Below, piece after piece: positions 1 through 10,269 of a stretch of 64,000 nt of DNA. A program made the translations under genes and the position numbers. Every line of letters starts with the position of its first letter. Within the stretch, counting starts at the first letter, position 1. Below the pieces are notes generated by a model. That model was not told where the DNA came from and made no database searches. It was given only the letters and a program-made list of their open reading frames with translations. Origin of the DNA: an uncultured Gammaproteobacteria bacterium (lineage in GTDB: Bacteria > Patescibacteriota > Microgenomatia > Levybacterales > UBA12049); the NCBI GenBank assembly GCA_964537895.1, contig CAZIDK010000001.1:134198-198197 (forward strand), given 5' to 3'.

Positions 1-100
1 AAGCACCTTTGCCTGTATTTTTGCTTATGACAAGAAAGATAACAACAAATATTGCTATGGCAAGAAGAATTGGAACTATTATGAAAAGAATTTTTTTCAT
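1..100 (-). CDS. partial small hydrophobic protein (ORF runs off the window start)
   Basis: The reverse complement of 1..100 reads MKKILFIIVPILLAIAIFVVIFLVISKNTGKGA... with no stop before the window edge. It is a single TM-like hydrophobic stretch and the true extent is unknown. Confidence 0.2.
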   Translation of the reverse strand, partial: MKKILFIIVPILLAIAIFVVIFLVISKNTGKGA

Positions 101-162
101 TTGCTAAAAAGCGCCTAACAAATATAGCAAGAAATTGCTATTTTTACAATAAAAAGGAGAAT

Positions 163-1836
<1,674 letters not shown>

Positions 1837-1922
1837 CTAAATCCGAATATCGAAATCCGAAACTTTTTTGAATTTTTGTAATTTGAATTTGTTTCGATAT
1901 TCGTGCTTCGAGTTTTGAGTTT

Positions 1923-2222
1923 TCAATCTACGATTGCCAATATATCTTTTTGCTCAACTATTGTCCACTCTTGACTACCGACTTTTACTTCGTTTCCGCC
2001 CCATTTTTTATACATTACTTTTTGCCCTATTTTAATAATCATTGGAATTTTTTCGCCTTTTGGCGTAACGTCACCGGGGCCAACAGCCATAACTTCACCT
2101 ATTTGCGGTTTTTCTTTTACCGAATCGGGAATAATTATTCCGCTTGCGGTTTTTGCTTCCGCCTCGAGCGGTTTTATTAGAACGTTATTAAAAAGAGGTT
2201 TAAGGTTATTTTTTACTGCCAT
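1923..2222 (-). CDS. groS: co-chaperonin GroES
   Basis: The ORF track starts at 2240 (MIFFDY...), but the conserved GroES start MAVKNNLKPLFNNVLIKPLE begins at the internal Met (2222). About 99 aa, with a mobile-loop-like segment. Confidence 0.9.
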   Translation of the reverse strand: MAVKNNLKPLFNNVLIKPLEAEAKTASGIIIPDSVKEKPQIGEVMAVGPGDVTPKGEKIPMIIKIGQKVMYKKWGGNEVKVGSQEWTIVEQKDILAIVD

Positions 2223-2345
2223 ATAGTCAAAAAATATCACTCGCTTAAAGTGACTGCTTATTTATACAACAAAAATACACTGCTGTCAATACTTAACTAC
2301 TTGACACTTTACCTTTTGTTATATACCATAAATTTAGATTATATT

Positions 2346-3476
2346 ATGTCCTTACCATCGGGCAAAAAATTGCTGTTACTTGGTTTTATAGCGGTTCTAC
2401 TCGTAGTTATCCCTTTAACTGTGTATCTTGTGCAGCAACAGCAAAAAACAAAAAGCGGAGCCGCTCCCGCAACCACTCTCGGTTTTAATCCCGCAAGTAA
2501 AACAATCGGTGTTAATGACACCGTAAATTTAGACGTGATGATGAATCCGGCAACCAATCAGGTTTCTTTTGTAAAATTAATTATTAACTATGACGCAACA
2601 AAACTTGCGACTGCCGCAGCCGGCGCTACTGTTTGTCCCACAAGACCCAATGACGCTCTTTGTCCAAACATTGCTGCGTTTCCATCTGTTTTACAGGGGC
2701 CAATCTATGGTCCGGGAACAATTTCGGTTACTCTTTCTATTGGCGGGAGCCCTCAAAACATAGTACAGACAGCGACAAGAATTGCCAGTCTTTCTTTCCA
2801 GGCTATCGCTTCCACGGATCCCGGAACAACACAAATAACTATCGACCAGCCCCAATCCCAAGTTCTTTCCATAGCCTCTACCGACCAGTTTAATGAAAAT
2901 GTTTTGTCTACTGTTAGTCCTGCAACAATCACCATAACGGCTGCCGTATCTTCCCCGACTCCCACGCCAACTCCCACGCCAGAGCCAACTGCCTCTCCCA
3001 CGCCAGAGCCAACTGCCTCTCCCACGCCAAACGCTCAAGCGCCGGTTTGCGAAAGCCTAACTTTAAGCGGAGCGGCAACCGGAACAGCGCCGTATTCGCT
3101 TACTTTCACTGCAACAGGCACTTCTTCGGCAAGCACAATCAGCAAGGTTACGTTTAACTTTGGTGACAGCGCGGTTTTGGATGAACCCCAGTCGGGAGGT
3201 CCAAGTTCCGTTAGTGTCCAGTCCTCGCATACTTATAATAGTGCCGGAACATTTGTTGCGTCTGCTTCCTTAACCGATGTTCTTGGAAACGTAAGCGATA
3301 CTGCAAACTGTACACAAACAATAACGGTAACTGCGGCACCAACTTCAACAGCTATAGCCCAGGCAACGCCAGCACCTCCTCTTCCGGTAGTCGGTCCTGA
3401 TGCCAAAATATTGGCAATAGGAGCAATAGGAACAATACTTTCTGTACTTGGAATACTACTTTTCTTTGCCCTTTAA
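2346..3476 (+). CDS. secreted or anchored surface protein: signal/TM, cohesin-like domain, PKD-like domain, Pro/Thr linker, C-terminal GPDxKI + hydrophobic tail
   Basis: The likely start is the internal Met (MSLPSGKKLLLLGFIAVLLVVIPLTVYL, hydrophobic). VNDTVNLDVMMNP...VSFVKLIINYDATKL resembles a cohesin fold. VTFNFGDS...HTYNSAGTFVASASLTD resembles a PKD domain. The linker is PTPTPTPEPTASPTPEPTASPTP. The C-terminus is VGPDAKILAIGAIGTILSVLGILLFFAL followed by a stop. Confidence 0.6.
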   Translation: MSLPSGKKLLLLGFIAVLLVVIPLTVYLVQQQQKTKSGAAPATTLGFNPASKTIGVNDTVNLDVMMNPATNQVSFVKLIINYDATKLATAAAGATVCPTRPNDALCPNIAAFPSVLQGPIYGPGTISVTLSIGGSPQNIVQTATRIASLSFQAIASTDPGTTQITIDQPQSQVLSIASTDQFNENVLSTVSPATITITAAVSSPTPTPTPTPEPTASPTPEPTASPTPNAQAPVCESLTLSGAATGTAPYSLTFTATGTSSASTISKVTFNFGDSAVLDEPQSGGPSSVSVQSSHTYNSAGTFVASASLTDVLGNVSDTANCTQTITVTAAPTSTAIAQATPAPPLPVVGPDAKILAIGAIGTILSVLGILLFFAL

Positions 3477-5227
3477 TTTTCTTTTGTAATTAGAGGAAGC
3501 AATGCTTCTTGAGGAATATCTATTTTTGAAGTTCCAAATAATTTATTTTTTCCTTTTTTCTGAGCTTCCAAAAGTTTATTTTTTCTTGTTACATCGCCCC
3601 CGGACATTTTTGCCAAAACATCCTTTCTGAATGGGGGGATTTCCGATCTGGCAAGAATTTTTCCGCCTACTTTTGCCTGAATAATCTGTTTTATTTGTTT
3701 CCTCGGAATTAAATCTTTAAGTTTTTCTGTTTTTTGTCTTGCCAGAAATTGAGCTTCATTACTGTAAACCAATTCCGAGAGCACGTCTATTTCCGTATCG
3801 TTTATTACAATTTCTAGATTGACCAAATCCGCTTCTTTATAATCAGTAAGTTCATAATCTATACTGGCAAAACCAGAAGAAACAGTTTTTATCTCGGGGG
3901 AAAGGTTCCTGATAAAGCAGCTGAATGGTATTTCATACTTTAATATCGCATTGTCTTTGTGATACGAAATATCAATAAGACTGCCTTTTTTACTTTGAGC
4001 AACAGACATTACTCCGCCGACAAATTTGGTTGGAGTAAAAATAATTAAATTCATATATGGTTCCAGCATTGCTCCATCTTCTCTTTTTTCATATAAAACG
4101 TGGGGCATAGTTAAAATCGGATCAATCTTTTCTTCTTGTTTTAATCTTTCTTTAAAAATCTCCGCGTGTAAAAGTCCTAAAAAACCTACTCTAAAACCAC
4201 TTCCCAAAAATACCGAATACTCTGAAGATATACTTAGCGATGCGTCATTTAACGAAAGTTTGCTTATTGCTTCTTTAAGGCGGACTAATTCGTTTGTACT
4301 TTTTGGATAAACGCCAAAAAATACCATTGGTTTTGGAGTCTCGTATCCGGGCAAGGGCTGAATGTCTGATTTTTGATTTTTGCTTTTTGCTTTTTGATTT
4401 GTCAACGTATCTCCAACCCTTGATTGTCTTATATCTTTTATTCCCGTAACTATATATCCGATTTCGCCGGTTGTTAAATCTTCTTTTGGAGACAGAAACG
4501 GAGAAAAAAATCCGACTTCGGACGCATCTACTCTCACTTTATTTTGCAAGAATTCTATTCTGTCTCTTTTTCTAATTTTTCCGTCAACAACTTTTATAAA
4601 AACCACGACTCCCCTATGCTCATCATATTCGGCATCAAAAACTAACGCTCTTAGGGGTGAATCCATCGAGCCTTTTGGTGAAGGAAGTTTTTCCACTAAC
4701 CCCTTAAGCAAACTTTCTACATTTTCTCCTGTTTTTGCGGAAATATAATATATTTCTTCTTTCTTAAACCCAAACATTTCTTCCAATTCCTTAGTAGTCT
4801 GTTCAGCCATTGCCGTGTCCAAGTCTATTTTGTTAATAACCGGAATTATTGTTAAATTTTCTTTTTGGGCAGCCCTAAAATGAGCCACTGTTTGCGCCTG
4901 AATTCCTTGAGTTGCGTCAACTAAAAGTATTGCCCCTTCACAGGCGGCTAAAGTTCTTGAAACTTCGTAGGAAAAATCAATATGGCCCGGGGTATCAATG
5001 AGATTTAGCGTATAGTTAATAGCGTTTAACGTATAGTGCATTCCAACAGGCGCAAGTTTTATAGTAATTCCGCGCTCTCTGCTGATAGGGCTTTGGTCCA
5101 AAAATTGTTCTTGAATTTTGTCTTTAGAAATAGTTTTTGTTAACTCTAAAAACCTATCGGCAAGAGTTGATTTACCGTGATCTATATGCGCGATAATTGC
5201 AAAATTACGAATAGTTGTTTGTTTCAT
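3473..5227 (-). CDS. lepA: translation elongation factor 4 (LepA)
   Basis: 584 aa. The G-domain NFAIIAHIDHGKSTLADR, DTPGHIDF and NKID motifs are present, as is the LepA-specific C-terminal domain. There is a short Lys/Gln-rich insertion (KAKSKNQKSDIQ). Confidence 0.93.
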   Translation of the reverse strand: MKQTTIRNFAIIAHIDHGKSTLADRFLELTKTISKDKIQEQFLDQSPISRERGITIKLAPVGMHYTLNAINYTLNLIDTPGHIDFSYEVSRTLAACEGAILLVDATQGIQAQTVAHFRAAQKENLTIIPVINKIDLDTAMAEQTTKELEEMFGFKKEEIYYISAKTGENVESLLKGLVEKLPSPKGSMDSPLRALVFDAEYDEHRGVVVFIKVVDGKIRKRDRIEFLQNKVRVDASEVGFFSPFLSPKEDLTTGEIGYIVTGIKDIRQSRVGDTLTNQKAKSKNQKSDIQPLPGYETPKPMVFFGVYPKSTNELVRLKEAISKLSLNDASLSISSEYSVFLGSGFRVGFLGLLHAEIFKERLKQEEKIDPILTMPHVLYEKREDGAMLEPYMNLIIFTPTKFVGGVMSVAQSKKGSLIDISYHKDNAILKYEIPFSCFIRNLSPEIKTVSSGFASIDYELTDYKEADLVNLEIVINDTEIDVLSELVYSNEAQFLARQKTEKLKDLIPRKQIKQIIQAKVGGKILARSEIPPFRKDVLAKMSGGDVTRKNKLLEAQKKGKNKLFGTSKIDIPQEALLPLITKEN

Positions 5228-5254
5228 TAAAGTTCTTTGGGGAATTATATCAAA

Positions 5255-6913
5255 TTATGGGTTAAACCTTGTTCCGTCAATTACTTCTTCGCTGCCTTTA
5301 AGAATTTGTCTCCAGTCTCCGAGTCGTTTGAAAAGGAGAATAAACATAGTTGCCTCTTTAACATTAAAAAGCCAAGTGAGAAAAAGGTAAAGAGAAAGTC
5401 CTGCAAAACTTGAAATACCCGTAAGAGCTATTAAATTTATTGTTTTGGTTGTATCAAAAACCAACTGGTCTAAAAGTTTTATGGGAATGTAAAGAGCAAA
5501 ACCTGTAAAAATAGTCGCCAATGTAATTTTTGTTAAAGAAATAAACAAAGGAATTTTCTTAAAACCGCCTGTTTTCCTGTCTAAAAAAATAAATAATACA
5601 AGTATGTTAATAATGCTACCTATTGAATAGGCTATGGCTATGCTTTCGATTCCATAATGATAAATAAAAATAAATGATGCGCCTAGGGTAATCATAAGAC
5701 CGGTAGTTAAAGCGCCTATTATTAAAGGGGTTTTTGTATCATGCAATGCGTAAAAACCTCTGGAAACAAGATAAACCAAGCTTTGGGCAAAAATCGAAAT
5801 GCTGAAAAAAGCCAGAGTTCTACCGGTAAGAACTGTCGCCTCCCAGTCAAATTGCGCCGCTCCGTAAATAAGTCTGACAATAGGAATTCTCAGAACTAAA
5901 AAAAGCACTGAAATGGGCAAAACCAGATAGAGCATCTGATTCAAGCTTGTAATAAAAGTGGTTTTAAAATCTTCAAGTCTTTCTCTTTCTTTGGAAAGAA
6001 CGGGAAAAGCCGCCTGAGCAATTGCCTGACCAAAAAGAACAACAGGAGCAAAAGCCAGGGTTTGCGCATAATCAAAAATTACATAATTTCTACCAGGATC
6101 GGGAAGAAAAGAAACTAAGGTTATCGTAACAAGGGTTCCGAGCTGAAAAATTCCGATTGACAAAGTTCTTGGCCACATCAGCTTTAATACCTCCAGCACT
6201 CCGCTTGATTTTAAGGAAAAAGAGGCTTTAAAAGAAAAACCTAATTTTCTAACAAAAGGAAGCTGTACGGCCACAAAAATTAAAGAACCCAACACTACGC
6301 CGTAAGCCGCCGAGAAAATACCTACAAACGGCGACAGAGTTATGATGCCAATGATAATTCCCAAATTAAAAGTTGCGGAAGCAATGCCCGGAATAAAAAA
6401 ATGATTATAAGATTGCAGTACTGCCGACAAAAAGCTTCCGAAAATAAAAAATAACTCTCCAAATATAACAATCCTGGTTAAATCGGCCATAAGATTTATT
6501 TGGGACGCGGAAAACCCGGGGGCAACGAGTTCTGAAATATCTTTGGCGAAAATAAAAAGAAAAATAGAGATAATGGAAAAAATTACTAAACCTACCATCA
6601 GAAGAGTAGAACCAAGCCTATGAGCATCCTTTTCTTTACCTTTACCTAAATATTCTGAAAATACCGGAATAAAAGCCGAGGATAATGCTCCTGCAATTAT
6701 TAACTGAAAGAGAAAATCAGGAATTTTGGTTGAAGCAAGATATACACCTAACGTATTTGATGCGCCAAAAATTCCAACCAAAAGCCTTTGTCTAACCAAA
6801 CCTAAAACTTGAGATAAAATAATCGTGGTCATTATTACAAAAGCCGCGGAAATAATATTGTTTTGACGTTTAAATAGGAGACCAATTCCTCTTTTTAAAA
6901 AATCCTTAGGCAT
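5255..6913 (-). CDS. murJ: lipid II flippase MurJ (MviN family)
   Basis: 552 aa polytopic membrane protein. The N-terminus ...SQVLGLVRQRLLVGIFGAS...YLASTKIPDFLFQLIIAGALSSAFIPVFSEY matches the MurJ/MviN signature region. Confidence 0.8.
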   Translation of the reverse strand: MPKDFLKRGIGLLFKRQNNIISAAFVIMTTIILSQVLGLVRQRLLVGIFGASNTLGVYLASTKIPDFLFQLIIAGALSSAFIPVFSEYLGKGKEKDAHRLGSTLLMVGLVIFSIISIFLFIFAKDISELVAPGFSASQINLMADLTRIVIFGELFFIFGSFLSAVLQSYNHFFIPGIASATFNLGIIIGIITLSPFVGIFSAAYGVVLGSLIFVAVQLPFVRKLGFSFKASFSLKSSGVLEVLKLMWPRTLSIGIFQLGTLVTITLVSFLPDPGRNYVIFDYAQTLAFAPVVLFGQAIAQAAFPVLSKERERLEDFKTTFITSLNQMLYLVLPISVLFLVLRIPIVRLIYGAAQFDWEATVLTGRTLAFFSISIFAQSLVYLVSRGFYALHDTKTPLIIGALTTGLMITLGASFIFIYHYGIESIAIAYSIGSIINILVLFIFLDRKTGGFKKIPLFISLTKITLATIFTGFALYIPIKLLDQLVFDTTKTINLIALTGISSFAGLSLYLFLTWLFNVKEATMFILLFKRLGDWRQILKGSEEVIDGTRFNP

Positions 6914-6949
6914 ATTGTTTTTATAAGTATAACATGGTAAAATGCCGCT

Positions 6950-7285
6950 ATGCCAGTAATAAAATCTGCAAAGAAAAAATTAAGAAAAGACAGAAAAAGA
7001 GAATTGGTAAACAAAACTCTTAAAAACCTCTTCAAAAAAGCAGTAAAAATTGCGGAAAAAACTCCGACGCAAGCAAATATCAGAAAAGCCGTAAAGATTA
7101 TAGACAAAACGGCCAAGAAAAATATTATTCATAAAAATAAAGCAGCCAGAATAAAGTCAAAGCTCGCAAAACTTATAGCAGGCAAAAAGTCAATCCCGAT
7201 TAAATCGGGATCAATCAAAAAAATACCCCAAAAAGTTAAAAAACCTACTCAGGCAAAGGCCTCCAAGACAAAAGCTAAAAAATAA
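6950..7285 (+). CDS. rpsT: 30S ribosomal protein S20 with Lys-rich C-terminal extension
   Basis: MPVIKSAKKKLRKDRKRELVNK... is basic and helical like S20. It is extended by a K-rich tail. Confidence 0.8.
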   Translation: MPVIKSAKKKLRKDRKRELVNKTLKNLFKKAVKIAEKTPTQANIRKAVKIIDKTAKKNIIHKNKAARIKSKLAKLIAGKKSIPIKSGSIKKIPQKVKKPTQAKASKTKAKK

Positions 7286-7344
7286 CAGAATTCTGCAAAT
7301 TTATCTTTGACAAAAACGTAAAAAACCCCTAGACTAAACTTGCT

Positions 7345-7902
7345 ATGCAAAAAAACTCTCCCTCAATAAATCTGTTAAAAAAACAGACGAGCTTAATTGA
7401 CAGACTTGTTAACTGGGCATTAACAGTAGGAAGACTGCTGGTTATATTAACGGAGATTGTTGCTTTATCGGCTTTTATATACCGTTTTTCTCTGGACAGA
7501 CAGTTGATAGATTTGCACTCTAAAATTACTCAGGAACAAGCAATTGTTAATTATTTAAAAGATAACGAACAAACATATCGTAATTTACAGGATAGATTAG
7601 CTGCTGCAGCAAATTACAGCACTTTGGGGGTAGACAGGTTTAAAATTTTTAGTGATATCGTGGGTTTTACTCCAAAAGGAATGGCTTTTAATAATCTTTC
7701 ATTATATGAAAATCGAATCAGAATAGACGCAAACGTTGATTCGGTTTCATCCCTTAGTATTTTTGTAAATTCTCTTAAAAATTATTCTGCCATCGATACG
7801 GTGAGCATAGACAAAATAGAAAATAAACCGTCAAGCGCAGTTATTACGATAAGCATCACCGCTATACTTAAACCTAATTTCACTTATGCAACTACAAACT
7901 AA
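7345..7902 (+). CDS. PilN-like type IV pilus assembly membrane protein (tentative)
   Basis: It has the N-terminal INLL motif (SINLLKKQ) followed by a single TM helix and a coiled-coil/periplasmic-type domain. This architecture resembles PilN. No pilM was seen adjacent. Confidence 0.35.
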   Translation: MQKNSPSINLLKKQTSLIDRLVNWALTVGRLLVILTEIVALSAFIYRFSLDRQLIDLHSKITQEQAIVNYLKDNEQTYRNLQDRLAAAANYSTLGVDRFKIFSDIVGFTPKGMAFNNLSLYENRIRIDANVDSVSSLSIFVNSLKNYSAIDTVSIDKIENKPSSAVITISITAILKPNFTYATTN

Positions 7903-8503
7903 TAGTTTATTTAAAAACTTACAGAAAAAGAAATACTTTGAGATGTTACCGGATTTCAAAGAAGAAAGAATGCAAAAGTTTACTACTTTAGTTTTTACCA
8001 TTATCGCATTATCGTTTTTTGGGCTTTTTGCAATTAACCCAACGCTTTCAACCATTGCCAACTTAAACAAACAATTATCGGATAGTAAATTTGTTGACCA
8101 AGAGCTTCAAAGCAAAATAAACAATTTGTATCTCCTTCAGGAAAAATATGGCCAACTTACACCGGACATACCTTACGTTTTAGATTCATTTCCTAAAAAT
8201 CCGCAGGTTCCTCTTTTAATTGCGCAGCTGCAATCGCTGGCGCAAAGTTCAAACGTTGCAATTACGGGTCTTCAGACTTTTGAAATCGAAATTCCTAACT
8301 CCTCCGTTAACACAAAAAAATATTACGCTTTTTCTTTTAGTATTTCGGCAAACGGTTCTTATGAAAGCATTTCAAAATTTATCGATTCAATGATTAAAAT
8401 GCAAAGAATTGTTTCTATAAATATTCTCTCTTTAAGCCGAAATAGCGGAGAAGGTCCGTCAACGCAATTAAATTTTAAAGGTACGGCATATTTTAAACAA
8501 TAA
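7886..8503 (+). CDS. PilO-like membrane protein (tentative); start uncertain (7886, 7943 or 7970)
   Basis: It has an N-terminal TM (TLVFTIIALSFFGLFAI), then a coiled-coil, then an alpha/beta domain. It is co-oriented with and overlaps the PilN-like gene. Confidence 0.3.
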   Translation: MQLQTNSLFKNLQKKKYFEMLPDFKEERMQKFTTLVFTIIALSFFGLFAINPTLSTIANLNKQLSDSKFVDQELQSKINNLYLLQEKYGQLTPDIPYVLDSFPKNPQVPLLIAQLQSLAQSSNVAITGLQTFEIEIPNSSVNTKKYYAFSFSISANGSYESISKFIDSMIKMQRIVSINILSLSRNSGEGPSTQLNFKGTAYFKQ

Positions 8504-8505
8504 GC

Positions 8506-8841
8506 ATGAAACAAAGAGACATTATTACATTACTGATACCATCATTCATCTTAATAGTAGCGTGGATTATTTTCAGTATTTATCATAGCTCTGTAACCTC
8601 GACTATACCGCCCGCTACAAACATCCAGATATCCCCGATAACGCCTGCCTTTGATATGGATGTGATATCTAAATTAAAACAAAGACAAAAAGTTACACCT
8701 CTTTATGAAGGGCAAGCTATTGCTTCCCCAACGCCAACGCCGGGGTTTCCAAATATTTTCTCGTCTTCTTTATCCGCTTCTCAAATAACCGGCTCTAGTA
8801 ATGCTCCTCAAGGCTCGCCGGGAGGAAGTCTGTTGCCATGA
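8506..8841 (+). CDS. small membrane protein with Pro-rich tail
   Basis: 111 aa with an N-terminal TM (IITLLIPSFILIVAWIIFSIY). It is translationally coupled to the next gene (ATGA overlap). Confidence 0.4.
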   Translation: MKQRDIITLLIPSFILIVAWIIFSIYHSSVTSTIPPATNIQISPITPAFDMDVISKLKQRQKVTPLYEGQAIASPTPTPGFPNIFSSSLSASQITGSSNAPQGSPGGSLLP

Positions 8842-10256
8842 AAAAAACAATTTGGGATAAACGTATACCAACACTTTTAGGAATGTTGCTTATAGTTGTT
8901 GGTATCGGTCTGACTTCTTTCTTAGTTGATAAGGGAGTAATTTTCATTGGACGCGCCAGTCCGGCAACAAATCCGCAAAACGTAAGAATAACCAACATTA
9001 CAGACAATTCATTTACTGTTTCTTATAATACGGATGCGCAAGTTATAGGCAGTTTAACTTATGGAAAAGATCAAAATTTAGGACAGACTGCCCTGGACGA
9101 CAGAGACCAGCAAACAGGCTCTTTGGCTAACCATAAGATTCACAGTATTACCGTAAGAAGCTTATCGCCTGTGACAAAATATTTTTTTTCGATTACCAGC
9201 GGGCAAGATAAATTTTCAAATAACGACACTCCATTCGAAGTGGTTACCGGAGCAAACGCAACTAGTCCTCCCTCGGAACAAAAACCGGTCGTTGGAAAAG
9301 TGGTTATGCCAAACGGCCAAGCCCCTGATGAGGCAATAATTTATATTACAACCGCCAACTCTCAAGTTATCTCTTCGCTTGTAAAATCCGGCGGAACCTA
9401 TTTGATTCCCCTGAATTCCGTGAGAAGTCAGGATTTGGCATCTTATTTGGATTTTTCAACCGTGAACACTCTTAAAATGCTTGTTTTTGGAGACGGATTG
9501 TCTTCAAACGTATCCTTATCTATAAACCAAATAAATCCTGTTCCAACCGTAACTCTTTCTCAAAATTATGATTTTGCAACAGGTACGGAACCTGTAGCAT
9601 CTTCATCGGCACAGCAAAATTCAGCCGAAAGTTTCCCGTCGCCAAAACCTAATGAAAATGTTTCAAGTAAGACCCCCCAGATACTAACTCCGCAGGCAAA
9701 TCAAAGTTTTTCCGATCAACAGCCTCTTTTTAAAGGCACTGGGAAGCCTAATGAAACTGTAAAAATAGAGATACACTCGGATGCGCAAATACAAACCGAG
9801 GTAAAAACCGATGCAAATGGAAATTGGAGCTACAGACCTAACGTCCCGCTTTCACCGGGACAGCATACGATTTCTATAACTACAAAAGATATAAACGGGA
9901 TATTAAGAACAATAACAGAAAATTTTACGGTTTATGCCGCAGGGAGTCAAGTTAACCCTGTTGCCAACCCTCCCACGGCCACCCCGACTCCCAGCCCGGC
10001 CCCATCCGCGACCCCTACACCAACTCCATCACCTACTCCTGCCGCAACGCCAACGTCTACTCCGGCGGCAACCGTTACGCCTACTCCAACTCCATCACCC
10101 ACTCCTACTCCAACCGTAGCGCCGACGGTAGCGCCCTCTAATCCCGGGCTTGCACCGGGAGGAAACTTACCGGGACCTGATGGGAAAATAATTACCTTAG
10201 GACTCCTCGGAGGAATACTTACCATTATCGGAGCCGTACTGCTATTTGCTTTATAA
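8838..10256 (+). CDS. surface protein: N-terminal TM/signal, fibronectin-III-like domain, beta-rich region, long Pro/Thr/Ala linker, C-terminal GPDxKI + hydrophobic tail
   Basis: The N-terminal TM is followed by NVRITNITDNSFTVSYNTD...HSITVRSLSPVTKYFFSI (FN3 / purple-acid-phosphatase-N-like). The 3' region encodes PTATPTPSPAPSATPTPTPSPTPAATPTSTPAATVTPTPTPSPTPTPTVAPTVAP. It ends PGPDGKIITLGLLGGILTIIGAVLLFAL followed by a stop. This tail is paralogous to the tail of the 2346..3476 protein. Confidence 0.6.
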   Translation: MKKTIWDKRIPTLLGMLLIVVGIGLTSFLVDKGVIFIGRASPATNPQNVRITNITDNSFTVSYNTDAQVIGSLTYGKDQNLGQTALDDRDQQTGSLANHKIHSITVRSLSPVTKYFFSITSGQDKFSNNDTPFEVVTGANATSPPSEQKPVVGKVVMPNGQAPDEAIIYITTANSQVISSLVKSGGTYLIPLNSVRSQDLASYLDFSTVNTLKMLVFGDGLSSNVSLSINQINPVPTVTLSQNYDFATGTEPVASSSAQQNSAESFPSPKPNENVSSKTPQILTPQANQSFSDQQPLFKGTGKPNETVKIEIHSDAQIQTEVKTDANGNWSYRPNVPLSPGQHTISITTKDINGILRTITENFTVYAAGSQVNPVANPPTATPTPSPAPSATPTPTPSPTPAATPTSTPAATVTPTPTPSPTPTPTVAPTVAPSNPGLAPGGNLPGPDGKIITLGLLGGILTIIGAVLLFAL

Positions 10257-10269
10257 TAAATACCGCTTT

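Noticed and set aside
2930-3060. Near-perfect 30-nt tandem repeats (gagccaactgcctctcccacgcca x2, plus cccacgccaactcccacgcca) that could be mistaken for a CRISPR array or minisatellite. Antisense ORFs 2691..3038 and 2753..3025 lie over the same region.
   Set aside because: The repeats are in-frame codons for the EPTASPTP Pro/Thr linker of the surface protein 2346..3476. There are no unique spacers. The antisense ORFs (RGRGSWLW… and GVGEAVGSG… repeats) are mirror artefacts of the PT repeat. The same applies to 9934..10119 and 9947..10225 opposite the second PT linker.
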